From Octopus bimaculoides (taxonomy: Eukaryota): DNA of 64,000 nt. How positions within the stretch are numbered: the first letter of the stretch is position 1; every line of letters starts with the position of its first letter. A model generated the notes under the pieces. The model was not told where the DNA came from and did no database searches. It saw only the letters and a list, made by a program, of their open reading frames with translations. The DNA lies in the NCBI RefSeq assembly GCF_001194135.2, contig NC_068981.1:91225722-91289721 (forward strand). Reading direction: 5' to 3'. Of the stretch, positions 1 to 12,179 are shown piece by piece. Both the position numbers and the translations under genes were made by a program.

Positions 1-195
<195 letters not shown>

Positions 196-2046
196 TCTTA
201 TGGTCTTATAGATTTCTTACAGATTTCTTACGGTCTGCAAAAGGCTATTTTATTAACAGTATTATTGAAAATCTTTCATATTAAATTGGTTGGTAGATAC
301 TTAGGAAATGAAATATATAATGCAAAGCTTTCCTATTTTAGTAACGTAATTCATAATTTAAATTACATATTGACCAAGGCAATGGGGAAAGTCATATATA
401 GTGACATGGTGGCGTTAAGTGATATTAAATTCGCAAAAACTTCTAGAAATCTCATTAGCTTCTCACGTAGCATTAATGTAACGACTGAGTGGAAGGCTAA
501 TTATGCGGGCATAAAATTGGAAAATCATATTTCGCAAATTAGTAACAGATTTTTCAACTCGAAATTATCTCTTAAACTTTCGCATCGAAATGTGAATCAC
601 GCTTGACCTGTCAATTCGAATGCTGAATATTGACGAAAGTAATTATCCTGTCTTGTAAAAAAACCCGACTCTACTTGTAAATAATTATTTCACAAATATA
701 ATCATCCGAAAGCGGGTTGCTTTTAAAGGATACAGTCTGACTATATTTTTTATTTTACACCAACCGGTCTCAAAGGCCTAGGAAAGGTTCATGGTTACAT
801 CGCTTGCAATTCCACTTAAGACAGGTAGCGATAACTTTATTCTCTTGTAAAGAAGTATTGACTTTGTAAATTACATCAATAATATTTATGAAATATTGGA
901 TGCATTCGATGCAGACAAAAGTAGGACGTACATTTTAAAAATACTAAGCATTGTTGCAAAGTAATAAGTGCACTCAATGTAAGGGTATATGTTGTATAAT
1001 TACATAGATCATGTTTTTAATGTTTTGTATTTGTGAATCATCTACATGTGTCTCATATTTGGCTACCTTCAATATGTAAGCATACATCAACACAAGCAAA
1101 ATACAAGTAAAGTCACACAACAGCAAAGCACACAGATCTACACATACATACCATACATGCATATACATTCAAATTTTACTTAAATTTTTACATACGTGCA
1201 TACATACAAGTGCACATACATACGCACACATATATGTATATAGATGCGTTAAATGTGTGACAGATTATCGTTGGAGTTTTGTGGGGTTAGAATTAGAGCT
1301 AGATGAAACTGTCACACCGAAATAATGCTATCGATGGAGTATCGATAAGGGTTAGGCTTCTTACGTAGATCGTAGAGAATCATATAGTTCAAAAGAACAC
1401 CCAGAAAACAAATAGGTGGTATTCAGGTATTTCATTACGATCATTTCAGTAGTGGGTGATCAATAATTCATACATATAAAATCGATCGCTATGTATGACT
1501 TCAAATAATATGTTGAACGTCAAAGCAATTTTCTTATGATATATATATATGAATCGAGTTTCAAACAATAAGACGAAAGTAAGAAAACAATGATCTAAGT
1601 AGCTAAAAACAAGAATTTTATCTCCAGGCAAATATAACAGAGTTTACGTTTAAGAAGTTGTATCATCAAGGTGACATACATAAGAGTAGGTCAGTACTAT
1701 AAAATACATCAGAGGGGAAAATGAAAACAATAAAGGTTAAGTGATGAAAAGAATAGGATACAATAAAGTAGAATGAAGTAAATAGGCCATAAGTAACAAA
1801 GAAAAGCAATGAATCAAAATATATCTTAGGATGATGAGAGATCAGAGAGTGAGAATGTTTAGTTGTCATACATCTATTTTATTGAAGTTGTCTAAGGATG
1901 AACGAAATATATGGCATATATTGACATCGGTATCTTCATTGAGGATTAAGGTAGTATTTACCTCATGATATTTGTATACGCACACAATATAACACACAGA
2001 AAAGAACCCTCTCCTACACATATACGCATGCACACACACATGCATA

Positions 2047-3338
2047 CGTGGGTTGCTGAAAATTCCATAAGTAAACTATGAGGGAATGATGTTAGAGATG
2101 TGAAATATTGCGTGCATTAATTTCAATCCTTCTTATTAATAAATACATTGTTTCGACCCAGGTAAATTGACATCTGACTGTGCAAAGAAGACTTCGAGAG
2201 TAACTAGTAGCAACTTCTCTTGAAAATCGACAAAATCTGGCATTGTGGTGTTATGAAGTGCCTGCAGAAAAAAAGGGCTTTTTCCCCAGAACATTCATGC
2301 TGACACAGTTGCTAAATCAGAGGATGACGCTCCAGCATTATCAATAGTGCAAAAGTAGGCAGTTGAATTTGGGAGGGGAAGGTAGAGTTTTGAAGATGAC
2401 CCAAGATTTGGACGTCCTGTAACTGCTACCACCGAAGAGAAAACATTCATCGTGTTCCCACATGGTGATGCATGTCAGGTGATTGACTATAAATCAAATA
2501 GCCAATGCTATTAAAATATCTTGTGAGAAGGTTGAGAATATTCTGCACAATTAACTTCGCATGACGAAGGTTTCTGCTCGGCATGTCTTCTGATATCTGA
2601 TCAAATGCGTTCTAGACTTATTACATTACGGGAAAGTTTGACATTATTTGAGTTAGATCCTGCTGGTTGCTTTGAAGGCTTCCTAAGCTAGCGTGAGTGT
2701 TGGGATGATGAGTTTGAGCCACAGACAAAAAAAAACAAAACAATCTATGATGTGGAAACAGCCCTCCTCACATGTTCCAAACTAGGCCAAGGTCGTTTCA
2801 TCTGCAGGGAATGTGATAGCCTCAGTTTTAAGGATACAAAAGGCATTGTGCTTATTGGCTACACGTGAAAGGGCCACACCATCAATGGAGAATAGTATGC
2901 CAACTTACTGGGACAGTTACGAAAGGTTATCAAGAGCAAACGCCTAGAAAAACTTATAGAAGGTGTCGTGTTTCATCGGGACTATGCTTTAACACAAGCC
3001 CTTTGTCTCAACCACTGCTATGCCTGGATGTTGCTCTGACTCTGGTTGAACACCTTCCTTATTCTGCCGGTTTGGTTCCATCTAACTATAATTTGTTCCC
3101 CTATATGAAAAGAAACTTGCCTGGGTACCAGTATCGGAGTGATAATGACGTCATATCTGCTGCTGATGTCTTTTTTGACCAACAGGAAGAAAGCTTCTTC
3201 AATGGGATCCAAATATTGCAAAACCAATGAAACAAGTGTGTGGACCTCAAAGGGGTTTACGTTAAAAAAATAAACCTTATTTGGTCACATTCCATTAGAA
3301 TATCTTAGTCAACCTATGGACGTTTACGCCGACCCTCG
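2047..3338 (+). mobile_element. Degenerate full-length mariner transposon (~1.3 kb)
   Basis: Degenerate TIRs (cgtgggttgctgaaaattccataag; right end RC cgagggtcggcgtaaacgtccatagg) flanked by TA at 2045-46 and 3339-40; transposase remnants inside. Confidence 0.85.
2226..3273 (+). pseudogene. Mariner transposase, frameshifted with stops
   Basis: IDKIWHCGVM, EDDPRFGRPVTATTEE, LVEHLPYSAGLVPSNYNLFP (degenerate YSPDLAPSD motif), KCVDLKGVYV. Confidence 0.85.
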
Positions 3339-3942
3339 TACTTGCACAGAGATGCATATATTACTTGGACATATACTAAGTATTAAATTACTTCTGTTAT
3401 TTTTGCGCTCTCTCTTTTTAAAGTAAAATTCATGTATTTGTACATATATAAAAGAAGAGAGAACAAAAGTTGCACAAGAAATTAAATAGATATATATGTG
3501 TGTGTGTTCGCACGCTTGTATACGTGTATGTGTGTATGTGTGAGGTGAAGTTTAGACTTTTTGCTTACATTGAGTGGGTGTTTCATTTATTATTTGTTCT
3601 CCTGCTTTTAGTGGAGATATATAGTTTTTGCATATATTTTTGAAGAAATATTTGATAAAACGTAGCATTTATACCGTCTTTTTCACAGGATTACATTACA
3701 TAGCATGTTTTTTTTTTTTAGAAGATGAAATTTGATTTGAGGTAGTTTCACTTAAAAACCTCTAGTTTGAACGTTCACTTAATATATGTCTTGATGCGAT
3801 ATGTAATGAGGCTTAAAAGTTAAAACGAAACGCCTCCTTAAAACAATTAAATCTAGTCAGAAACGTCATCCATATCTTAGGATCCGTACTATATGTAGCT
3901 GCTTGTTTTATTGTCACCTGCTTCACTTTAAATTTAAAAGGA

Positions 3943-4188
3943 ATTGTTATCCCTATGTTTTCTTTAAAATATACATTATTGTTATCCCTGTGTTTTCTTT
4001 AAAATATATATTATTGTTATCCCTGTGTTTTCTTTAAAATATACATTATTGTTATCCCTGTGTTTTCTTTAAAATATACATTATTGTTATCCCTGTGTTT
4101 TCTTTAAAAATATACATTATTGTTATCCCTGTGTTTTCTGTAAAATATACATTATTGTTATCCCTGTGTTTTCTTTAAAATATACATT
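3943..4188. repeat. 35-bp minisatellite, 7 copies
   Basis: Unit attgttatccctgtgttttctttaaaatatacatt repeated head-to-tail with isolated single-base variants. Confidence 0.95.
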
Positions 4189-5189
4189 ATTTAGTTATGT
4201 ATTTAATTATGTAAAGTATTTTAGATGAATTAAATGCTTCTATGCTTTAACATGTATTATGTTTGGTAACGCTTATCCAGGATAGATCCATATTAAGTTA
4301 CAATAGTCAATACATCATCTTTAAGAAGTTGGTTTCATGATTTTGTGGATTTGACAACTCAGCGAAACACATAAGGCCAGTCCTCTCTTAGATTACTTTT
4401 GGTAAACCAAATCTGTGTGAACAAATTTAGAACAAAAGAAGTCAGATAACATAATTAACCTATCTGGAACCATAATGAACCTATCCTCAGGTTTAAAGCC
4501 TCCAACTGGCCCTTGGTTTCCTTTAGCAGAGATTACTCTGATGCAAATTTCGATGAAGTAACCACTTTGATTTGAGAAAACTTGATATCTTGATGGAATA
4601 CTTCCGACTGCAGCTATCCACGATACATATTTTCTTCTTCCCTCTTTTGAACATTTTGGCAGCTCTGGAGATTGACACGTGCTGAATTTCATCTTCTAAT
4701 TAATCCACAAAACGTTCAATATATATAGAAAAATTCCACGTTCATGGGCTTTTTTAGAATGGTAAACATTGATACAACCAATGGAAGTCTCCTACAAAAT
4801 ATATCAATTACTGAATACATAAGTAGGGAAAGTGTCTTTAAACACTGACTGCAATGTCGGAGGAACGGGTCATGAGTTAGTAGATCTGAAATTTTATTTT
4901 TCTTACTTCCTAGTTATAAGACTTATTCTATCTACAAAGAAACTGTAGAATATCACTCAATAGTGTTGTCACATAAATGGCGGCGAATTTGGAAATAAAG
5001 TAACAGACTAAATGTCAAATATTATTGTTTCAATATTTCCTTTCATACGAGGTTTTTATTTACACAACAGTGTGCGTTAGATATTTCAGGACAGATTTAT
5101 GTTTATAAAAAAAATCGGATATATAATAACAGATAATAACTTTATTTATCAAAAAATGCTGAGGATAAAAATAAACCTTTTCTATAATG

Positions 5190-6150
5190 GTATTCAATAA
5201 AGCCAACTTCAGCTTCAACAACTGCTTCTATATGAGATTTAAATTATCTACACTATCGAATCAAGTGGTCCTGGTTCATTTTCGACATTACTCTGACAAT
5301 AGCAGCTTTCAAAGAATCTTTGGTGTTATGGGCGTGGTGTTCATTGACCTCTCTCTCAACAGCTCTCTACATGTCCAATGAAATGAGATCTGGAGAACTA
5401 GGAGGCCAAATGTTAGGAGTTATATGATCATGAAAATTTTCAGCCATCCAGTCCTGTGTTACTAGAGCCATGTGTGAGAGTGAAACACATATGGCCTTCC
5501 ATTGCATACACTGTCTATCCAGGGATTAATAATTATTTCCAGGACCGCAATGTAGGTGGCAGAGTTAATTCTAAGGCCTTGTGGAAAGAAGGAAGGTGGT
5601 ATCACATGTCCTTCGTTGCTGACAATCCGTAAAACCATGACAGTTGCAAGAAATATTTTATGCATAACACTTGGAACTTCAGAAGGGTCTGCACATAACT
5701 ATCTGTCAGTTTTTCTGTTAACTTTTTGATCTTGGTCAATTTTTCACATTTGAGAAAAAACAAATCACATCTTTTCTGCTGAACTTTTCAGTTTGTTTAA
5801 GAGCATTTTAGATCTGATGTAGTGATTTTCTTTTGCTTTTCCTGACTTTTTGACCGTTCTTCATCATATAAGACATATCTGATGTCTTCGTGGACAACAT
5901 TTCTGATTGTTCCTTGTGACACATGGAGATCTTTTGTAATTGATCCCATGGACTTTCAATGGTCTGTTGAACTTACTGGATAAATTCAAGTGTTCTGATG
6001 ATTTCATAGCATTTAGAATACTTTTTATGCTTTGATATTGGTGATACGTTTCCGTAGATAACAGGTCTGACAACTTTTAAGAATCGAGATATTTCTAAAT
6101 CGTTATACTCAGCATTTATAATCACAATAAAAGCATGCCTCTTCATTTCT
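5190..6150 (-). mobile_element. Degenerate Tc1/mariner transposon, maT (DD37D, Bmmar1-like) type
   Basis: Minus-strand remnants DQDQKVNRK, ATVMVLRIVSNEGHVIPPSFFPQGLRINSATYIAVLE, NPWIDSVCNGRPYVF, IWPPSSPDL, HNTKDSLKAAIV. The second catalytic D is deleted, so the family call is by similarity; TIRs not resolved. Confidence 0.75.
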
Positions 6151-7009
6151 TGAGTAAGCTGGGGGTCTACTATTATTATCTACTATTATTATTACGAAGG
6201 TAATAATAATTATATAGTAGCGCCTATCAATTGCCGATACGGCTCTATAACATACAACTACACAAATCTTCTTCACTTTTTATTCGATAACAACATGTTT
6301 CTTGTTGTATATAAAAGAAATCAACAGGCATCATTTTAGCAGAAATATTGAACGTAGTTAACAGTAAACAGGATGGCAGACACTTATGAATGAAACAATA
6401 ATATGAGGATTTACTCCTTTCACATGTTAATCAATTGCTATATTTCAGATAGACCTAAACAATGATAAAGATTATAATGATAAAGACCACCGATGACACG
6501 GTGTCGCTATGTGGTATTAGAATTTGCAAATATTTATAGAAATCACATTAACGCCATTCATTACCGCTTCTCTTGACAATGTGTGTTGCTGATTGCTGTA
6601 TAATATGCATAAAATTGGAAGATCATACTTGGTAATTGAATTACAGATTAACATCGAAAAGCGAGTTACATCTAACCTGAAAGTTCGAAAGTTCAATACT
6701 GACGACGATAGCAACCCATGACATTAAACATACCATACCTGTTATAGTTTCATTAGCTAAGATAAAAGTTTGCCTCCCAACTCTGTCACTCACTCTCTCT
6801 CTCTTTCTTCCTCTCTCTTAAACACATACACATTTTATCAAATTTTTCTTACAAATATTTTCAGTTTCTGTTAATCGAATCCTAAAATAATTATCGGAGC
6901 CCTTCAATTGACTTTGCCTATCATCTCGTTACTGAGTTCTTCATTGATAGAACAAATACTGTCATCTGGTCTTTGAAGCTTGCTACTCTCATTTTGTTTG
7001 TGTTTCATC

Positions 7010-7185
7010 CTCCGATACTGTATCATTCAGGCTCAGCTCTCTTTAACAACACGCCAAGACATGTAGGAGAACAAAAAGATCTTATAAAATCCAAACAGTT
7101 TCTGGGAGAATATCTCCAACAAAGATATAACATTGCAAGCATTAACTCTTTACTCGAACGGCCTATCAAGTTAGACATGGCCTGA
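7010..7185 (+). mobile_element. 3' fragment of CR1-like LINE
   Basis: SGSALFNNTPRHVGEQKDLIKSKQ resembles TGPALFNNVPKQIKEEKDPIIFKR at the 3' end of the LINE at 12180-13305. Confidence 0.55.
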
Positions 7186-7236
7186 CTAACATCATTGCAA
7201 CACCGCGTGGAAATTTTTCTTAGTATTCTAAGTAAT

Positions 7237-7316
7237 CTATATACATACATACATACATACATATATGCATGCATACATACATACATGCATACATATATAC
7301 ATACATATATACATAC

Positions 7317-7384
<68 letters not shown>

Positions 7385-7403
7385 GAGTTGTGTGTGCGTG
7401 TGT

Positions 7404-7440
<37 letters not shown>

Positions 7441-7495
7441 TATGTGTGATTGTGTGTGTGTCTGTGTTTCTGTATGCTGTATATATATATATATT
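7237..7495. repeat. Compound (TACA)n/(TA)n/(TG)n microsatellite
   Basis: Directly visible; source of several artefactual ORFs. Confidence 0.95.
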
Positions 7496-7556
7496 TTTTA
7501 ATTCTTTGAAAAAATTCAATCATTTCACTGCAAGCAAGGGTTTTATTTGAAGAAAT

Positions 7557-7839
7557 GGACCCCGGATTTATTCTTTCTATCGTTCTCTTTGCCGAACCGC
7601 TAACTTTCGGTTACAAAAACACACCAGCATCGGTTTTCAAGCGATGGTGGTGGGGTCAAACTCATACAGACACACGCACATAAAAAAAAATATATACATA
7701 TGTATATACGACCTCTTCTTTCAGTTTCTGTCTATCAAATACACTCACAAGACTTTAGTCGGCTCGAGGTGCCATGCAGTGGGACTGAACCTGGAACCAT
7801 GTGGTTGGGAAGCAAGCTTCTTGCCACACATCCACGCCT
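7557..7839 (-). mobile_element. tRNA-derived SINE family A, degenerate internally deleted copy
   Basis: Shares blocks with the full copy at 59523-59910 (gccgaaccgctaa, gcagtgggactgaacc, ggaaccatgtggttgg). Confidence 0.8.
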
Positions 7840-8269
7840 ACACCTAATATATATGTGTGTGTGTATGTATGCATGTATATATCCATGTATCTCTATCCCT
7901 CTATCGATGCGTCTGTGCGTATATATGTGTGTGCAGCAGTATGTACAGGAAGCTGAAAAAAAAATTGTTACGCTGATTTTCACATTTTCGAACTTCAGAA
8001 AAAAGTTGCAAATGAAATATTAGGAAAATAATGATGACTGTGCATATCTATTTAATTAAATACTAGAAGATGATTGAAAGAAGCCTACCAAGAATCTTCG
8101 AATTAAATGATCTAGTTAGGTAAGTTGTATGGTTGTATAAATAAACATTTCAACGGTTATTACCAAACACACTGGAAGAGACAATTATAGGATAAGAAGA
8201 GACGTGAAGAAAAGAAGATTGAAAGTGAAAAATAATATGGGAAATAAAGAAATGAGAAGAATGCGTAGA

Positions 8270-8410
8270 AATAAGGAAGAAAAAAGAAGAAAGAGAAGAA
8301 AAAGAAGAAAATAAAGAAGAAGTAGGAGGAGAAAAAGAAGAAGAAGAAGAAGAAGAAGAAGAAGAAGAAGAAGAAGAAGAAGAAGAAGAAGAAGAAAAAG
8401 AAGAAGAAAT
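8270..8410. repeat. (GAA)n microsatellite in a purine-rich tract
   Basis: Directly visible. Confidence 0.95.
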
Positions 8411-9059
8411 AAAAGAAAGACGACTAAGAAATGAAAACTCACAAAGAGTACAATTTAAAATGAAAAATGTAAGAAAACAAAAATAATACACCGTATATAC
8501 TCAACTATAAAACGCCCTCGCCTATAAAGCGCACCCTGATTTACAAGGTTCAAATAGGGAATTTTATCATTGACCCAAGTATAATTCGCAGCGATTGTTT
8601 TGATGTTGGAAAGCAACGTTCGATTAGGAATCGCTCCGACATAGTTGATGTTCAGTAACCGAGTTTTCAGTAAGCTGAAGATGACTTACAACGACTGTTA
8701 TCCCATTAAGTTGATGCCTTTTAGAAAACGTTGTTTATAATGTAAAATGTTATCATTGACAACGCTAGTTGACTTGTTTATCGTATTGAGAGTTAATTGC
8801 CTCGATACTTCTCCCTTTACTTTTTGATTTATTTTTTCATTATCAAGACACTTTTGCAGCAACTGACTCACAAATCCATGCAGTCATACGTGATGTGATC
8901 CGAAAAAAATACAATACACTGTTTAAAATTGTAAGGAAGTGCATGAAACATTATAACAAAAATTGGCCAAATAAATGGAGGAAGAATTGAGTTATACTAA
9001 TCATCACTTTCATCGTCACTTTCACCAAATAACTGGTAAAATTCTTCGGTTGGGATGGT

Positions 9060-10312
9060 CTAGTCGTATACACCCTGATCCTCGTCTTCACTAATCTGAT
9101 CTTCATTAACTGATGAAACATTGGGACTAACATTTCTTGCACAGACAAAGTCATTATATTGCTTGTCGTCTTCCGTCACATGCATGGAATTTGAGATCCT
9201 GCACATCAAAAATGATTTCATTACTAGTTCACTCGGTATTTCAGCCCATAAATATACCACACACTGGCAAACTGTTTTAAGGTCAGGAAGTTTAAAGTTC
9301 CCAGCCTTTATCATTGCATTGTCTCCATTAATCATTCCTTCATTCCACTTCGCACGCATGTTCACCCTAAAAGGCTTATTTATTGATACGTCGAGTGGTC
9401 GAAGCACATTTGTACATCCACTTGGAATCACATCATAGTCGGTACAACACTCCTTTAATCTATTTTTTACGCCGTCAATCAGATGAGCCCTGAATATATC
9501 CCAAGCAAGAAACGACTTTGAAGTAAGCGTAGCTCCTGGGCGCTTGAACCACACGTCGTTTAACCAGTTCGTCAATACGGTTTCATCTACCCATCCTTTC
9601 TTCTGAACATATACCACTATGCAACTTCGGAAAGTCCAATTTCTGGAAAGTCTTCCATTTGAAAACAACAGCCGGGGTAAGTTTCGTACCGTCAGTCATA
9701 CAAATCAAAATTGCGGTGAAGTAGGCCTCGTTGCTTCCCGTAGTTTTTACCGAAACTGTATTTTCCCCTTTAACGTCGACTGTCCGAGTTCCAACCATAT
9801 CGACAAAAAGAGATGTCTCGTCCATATTACCGATTGCTTCCAAGGCAAACTCGTGGCTCTTTCATAGATCCATTACAAACTGATGGAAGGAATCAACTTT
9901 GCTCTCTATGTCGGCGGATAATTGCTGTGCGATAAGAGTCCTCTGTCTTAACGTAAGATTGTATCGTTTCCTAAACCTCATACACTAGCCAGGGGATGCT
10001 TTAAAGTCGGATATACCATGTTCTTTAATCACTTGGAGAGCCCGCATTCTAATGATGTTTCTCGTGACAAGTCCATTCGTGCGTAGTTCAGTCACCCAGT
10101 CTCTCAAAATAGTCTCCATTTCCTCATTGGGACTTATTCCTATCCTAATTTTCTTTAATGGTTTGATGTCAACGGATTTCATTTTCATCTCTTTTAAACG
10201 CCAGTCCCTGACCATTTTTTCTGAGACCCCAAATTCTTTTTCTGCAGCTCAATTCGAATGGGGCTTCGCGAATTCAATAACCTTCAGTTTGAAAGTGATA
10301 TGATACGAATTA

Positions 10313-10393
<81 letters not shown>

Positions 10394-10414
10394 TCTCTCT
10401 CTATCTCTCTTCAT
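9060..10414 (-). pseudogene. pogo transposase (Brinker-type DBD, CENP-B HTH, DDE_1; DD35D) with stops and frameshifts
   Basis: SYHITFKLKVIEFAK..N*AAEKEFGVSEKMVRDWR, GNMDETS, GWVDE, AWDIFRAH followed by 35 residues to PLDVSINKPF. At least 3 in-frame stops and a frameshift near 9620. Confidence 0.9.
10313..10410. repeat. (CT)n microsatellite inside the 5' end of the transposase
   Basis: Directly visible. Confidence 0.95.
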
Positions 10415-10789
10415 GCTAACAAATAAGATGGCGTCGAATTAAAGAAAGACAGGTATGGTACAGAACCAAACAAGCATTAAACTCTGTTTTATAATTAATT
10501 GTTTATTTCATACTAACAGAAGTAAAGAAAATCTAAAGATCATCTTCCGTGTACTTCTCGGCTTCGGAATTTTAGATTCGTGTTTTTTGCAGTGATTCCA
10601 AGTGTCGGAAATTCAGGCGTGGCTTGTACCTAGAAAAGATATGATGATTTTTTATAGGATGCGCTTATAAGTCGCACCCTTTACTTTAGGTGAAAATTTC
10701 AGATAAAAACAGTGCGACTTATAGTTGAGTATGTACGGTACACAAATAATGGAAGCAAAATGATTTCTAAGTTAAACATAAGGCGATAG

Positions 10790-11105
10790 CATTACTGGTC
10801 CTTCATTTTATGAGAGGATGAAATGTATACTTGACCTTAGCGGGATTTCGGATTAGAAGGCAAAAAGCCACAAATATTGCAAGGCATGGTGCAGCAGCTC
10901 TAACGATTGTACGAACCCACTGGTCTTGTGTTTCAATAACTAACCGTTTCTAAATTAAGCACAAGGCCATCCGTTTTGAGGGTAGGTCGAACTCAGTACT
11001 TGACTGGTACATTTCATTATTGACTCCAGCAGCATGAATGGCAAAGCTGAGCACACAGTATTTGAACTAAAACGGAACGGGTCGGAAGAAATACTGCAAA
11101 GAATT
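10790..11105 (-). mobile_element. Two degenerate SINE family B copies
   Basis: Partial matches to the family B body seen at 52398-52617 (ttgaccttagcgggattt; gactggtac; aaatactgc). Confidence 0.55.
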
Positions 11106-11112
11106 TCCTACA

Positions 11113-11214
11113 ACTGGGATAAGAGCTGTTTCGGTATAAAACCTGAGTCTAAAGAATTTCTCCAGATGTTGGTCAGAGGGACAGCAAGCTGGTGTCTACA
11201 TTCCTTTAGGAGAC
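11113..11214 (-). mobile_element. 102-bp internal fragment of CR1-like LINE RT
   Basis: 97/102 identical to 13188-13289; encodes LLKECRHQLAVPLTNIWRNSLDSGFIPKQLLSQ. Confidence 0.9.
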
Positions 11215-11346
11215 GTATTTCATCGACTCCGGAAGAATGAAAGGCAAAGTCGACCTCGGCGGAATTTGAACTTAGGATATCATGACGCACAAAAGACCGC
11301 TAAGCATTTTCCTCGGCTAGCTAACAATCCTACAAGCTTACCGCCT
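11215..11346 (-). mobile_element. SINE family B (5' part)
   Basis: gaaaggcaaagtcgacctcggcggaatttgaac (B-box region, reverse) and gctaagcattt. Confidence 0.8.
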
Positions 11347-11359
11347 TAACTTGAAATAT

Positions 11360-11580
11360 AATATTGGTTTCTAATTTTGACACAAGGCATGAAAATTTCG
11401 GGAGACGGGTGTAAGTCGATTACATTGACCCCAGTGCTCAACTGATACTTAATATATCGATCCCGAAATGATGAAAGGCAAAGTCGGCCTCAGCAGAATT
11501 TGAACTGAGAACATAAACACAGAGGAAATGCCGCTAATTACTTTGCCAGGTGTATTAACGATCCTGCCAGATTGCTGCCT
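11360..11580 (-). mobile_element. SINE family B
   Basis: gtcgattacattgaccccagtgctcaactg...gaaaggcaaagtcggcctcagcagaatttgaac. Confidence 0.85.
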
Positions 11581-12015
11581 TAAAGATGGACCATAAATAA
11601 TGAAGACTAAAATGAATTCGAAGAGGTATGTTGAAAACAATAGCATATATCTGCTCGTACATATATACTCATATAGTGTACAGACTACATCTATGTGTTT
11701 ATGAACAAGAAGCACATGCATGAGAAGTATAACAGCATGAAATAAGGACACATACATATATATATATAACCGCACATATATACTCACATATAGACGCATA
11801 TAAATGTGTTTGCGATATCTTCTCGTTCCTTCGTATTTCATTATGAATATGATAATAGTTTATTAAACCGTGTTAGATCCTTGTAATGATGCTAATCTCC
11901 CGGAGCCAGTAAAAGTTGGTCACTAAGACAGAGAAAAGTAGGATAAGAAAGATCTAGCTATCCGTTCCTTCTCTCCAATATGCTGTCAGGGAGTCCTACT
12001 GTGTTACTTTCTGAC

Positions 12016-12016
<1 letters not shown>

Positions 12017-12080
<64 letters not shown>
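12017..12080. repeat. (CTAT)n microsatellite
   Basis: Directly visible. Confidence 0.95.
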
Positions 12081-12081
<1 letters not shown>

Positions 12082-12179
12082 CATCTGCCTGTCTGTCTGT
12101 CCGCCTACCTATCTATATATGTGTGTATACATATATATATATATATATAAATCTAAATCTAAATATATTTATATATATA

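Larger units (their letters stand above)
8491..10738 (-). mobile_element. Near full-length pogo-superfamily transposon (POGK/Passer-like), 2248 bp
   Basis: TIRs ccgtatatactcaactataa (8491) and RC ccgtacatactcaactataa (ending 10738); TA at 10739-40 and CA at 8489-90; subterminal tataa..cgcaccc motifs; transposase inside. Confidence 0.9.

Noticed and set aside
265-606. 113-aa plus-strand ORF
   Set aside because: No recognisable domain, TTG start, no convincing splice sites; compatible with chance.
3943-4188. CRISPR-like appearance of 35-bp repeats
   Set aside because: Units are contiguous with no unique spacers, there are no cas genes, and the context is eukaryotic.
4260-4900. Repeat-free block that superficially recalled mitochondrial or rRNA sequence (IHDTY-like peptide, cagcgaaac, ggaacggg)
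   Set aside because: Matches are only a few residues or bases, and no frame is open under standard or invertebrate mitochondrial codes; not supportable as a NUMT.
7023-7550. ORFs of YI/HT/CV repeats here and at 37311-37679, 54742-55419, 55936-56247 and 61382-61803
   Set aside because: Translations of microsatellites.
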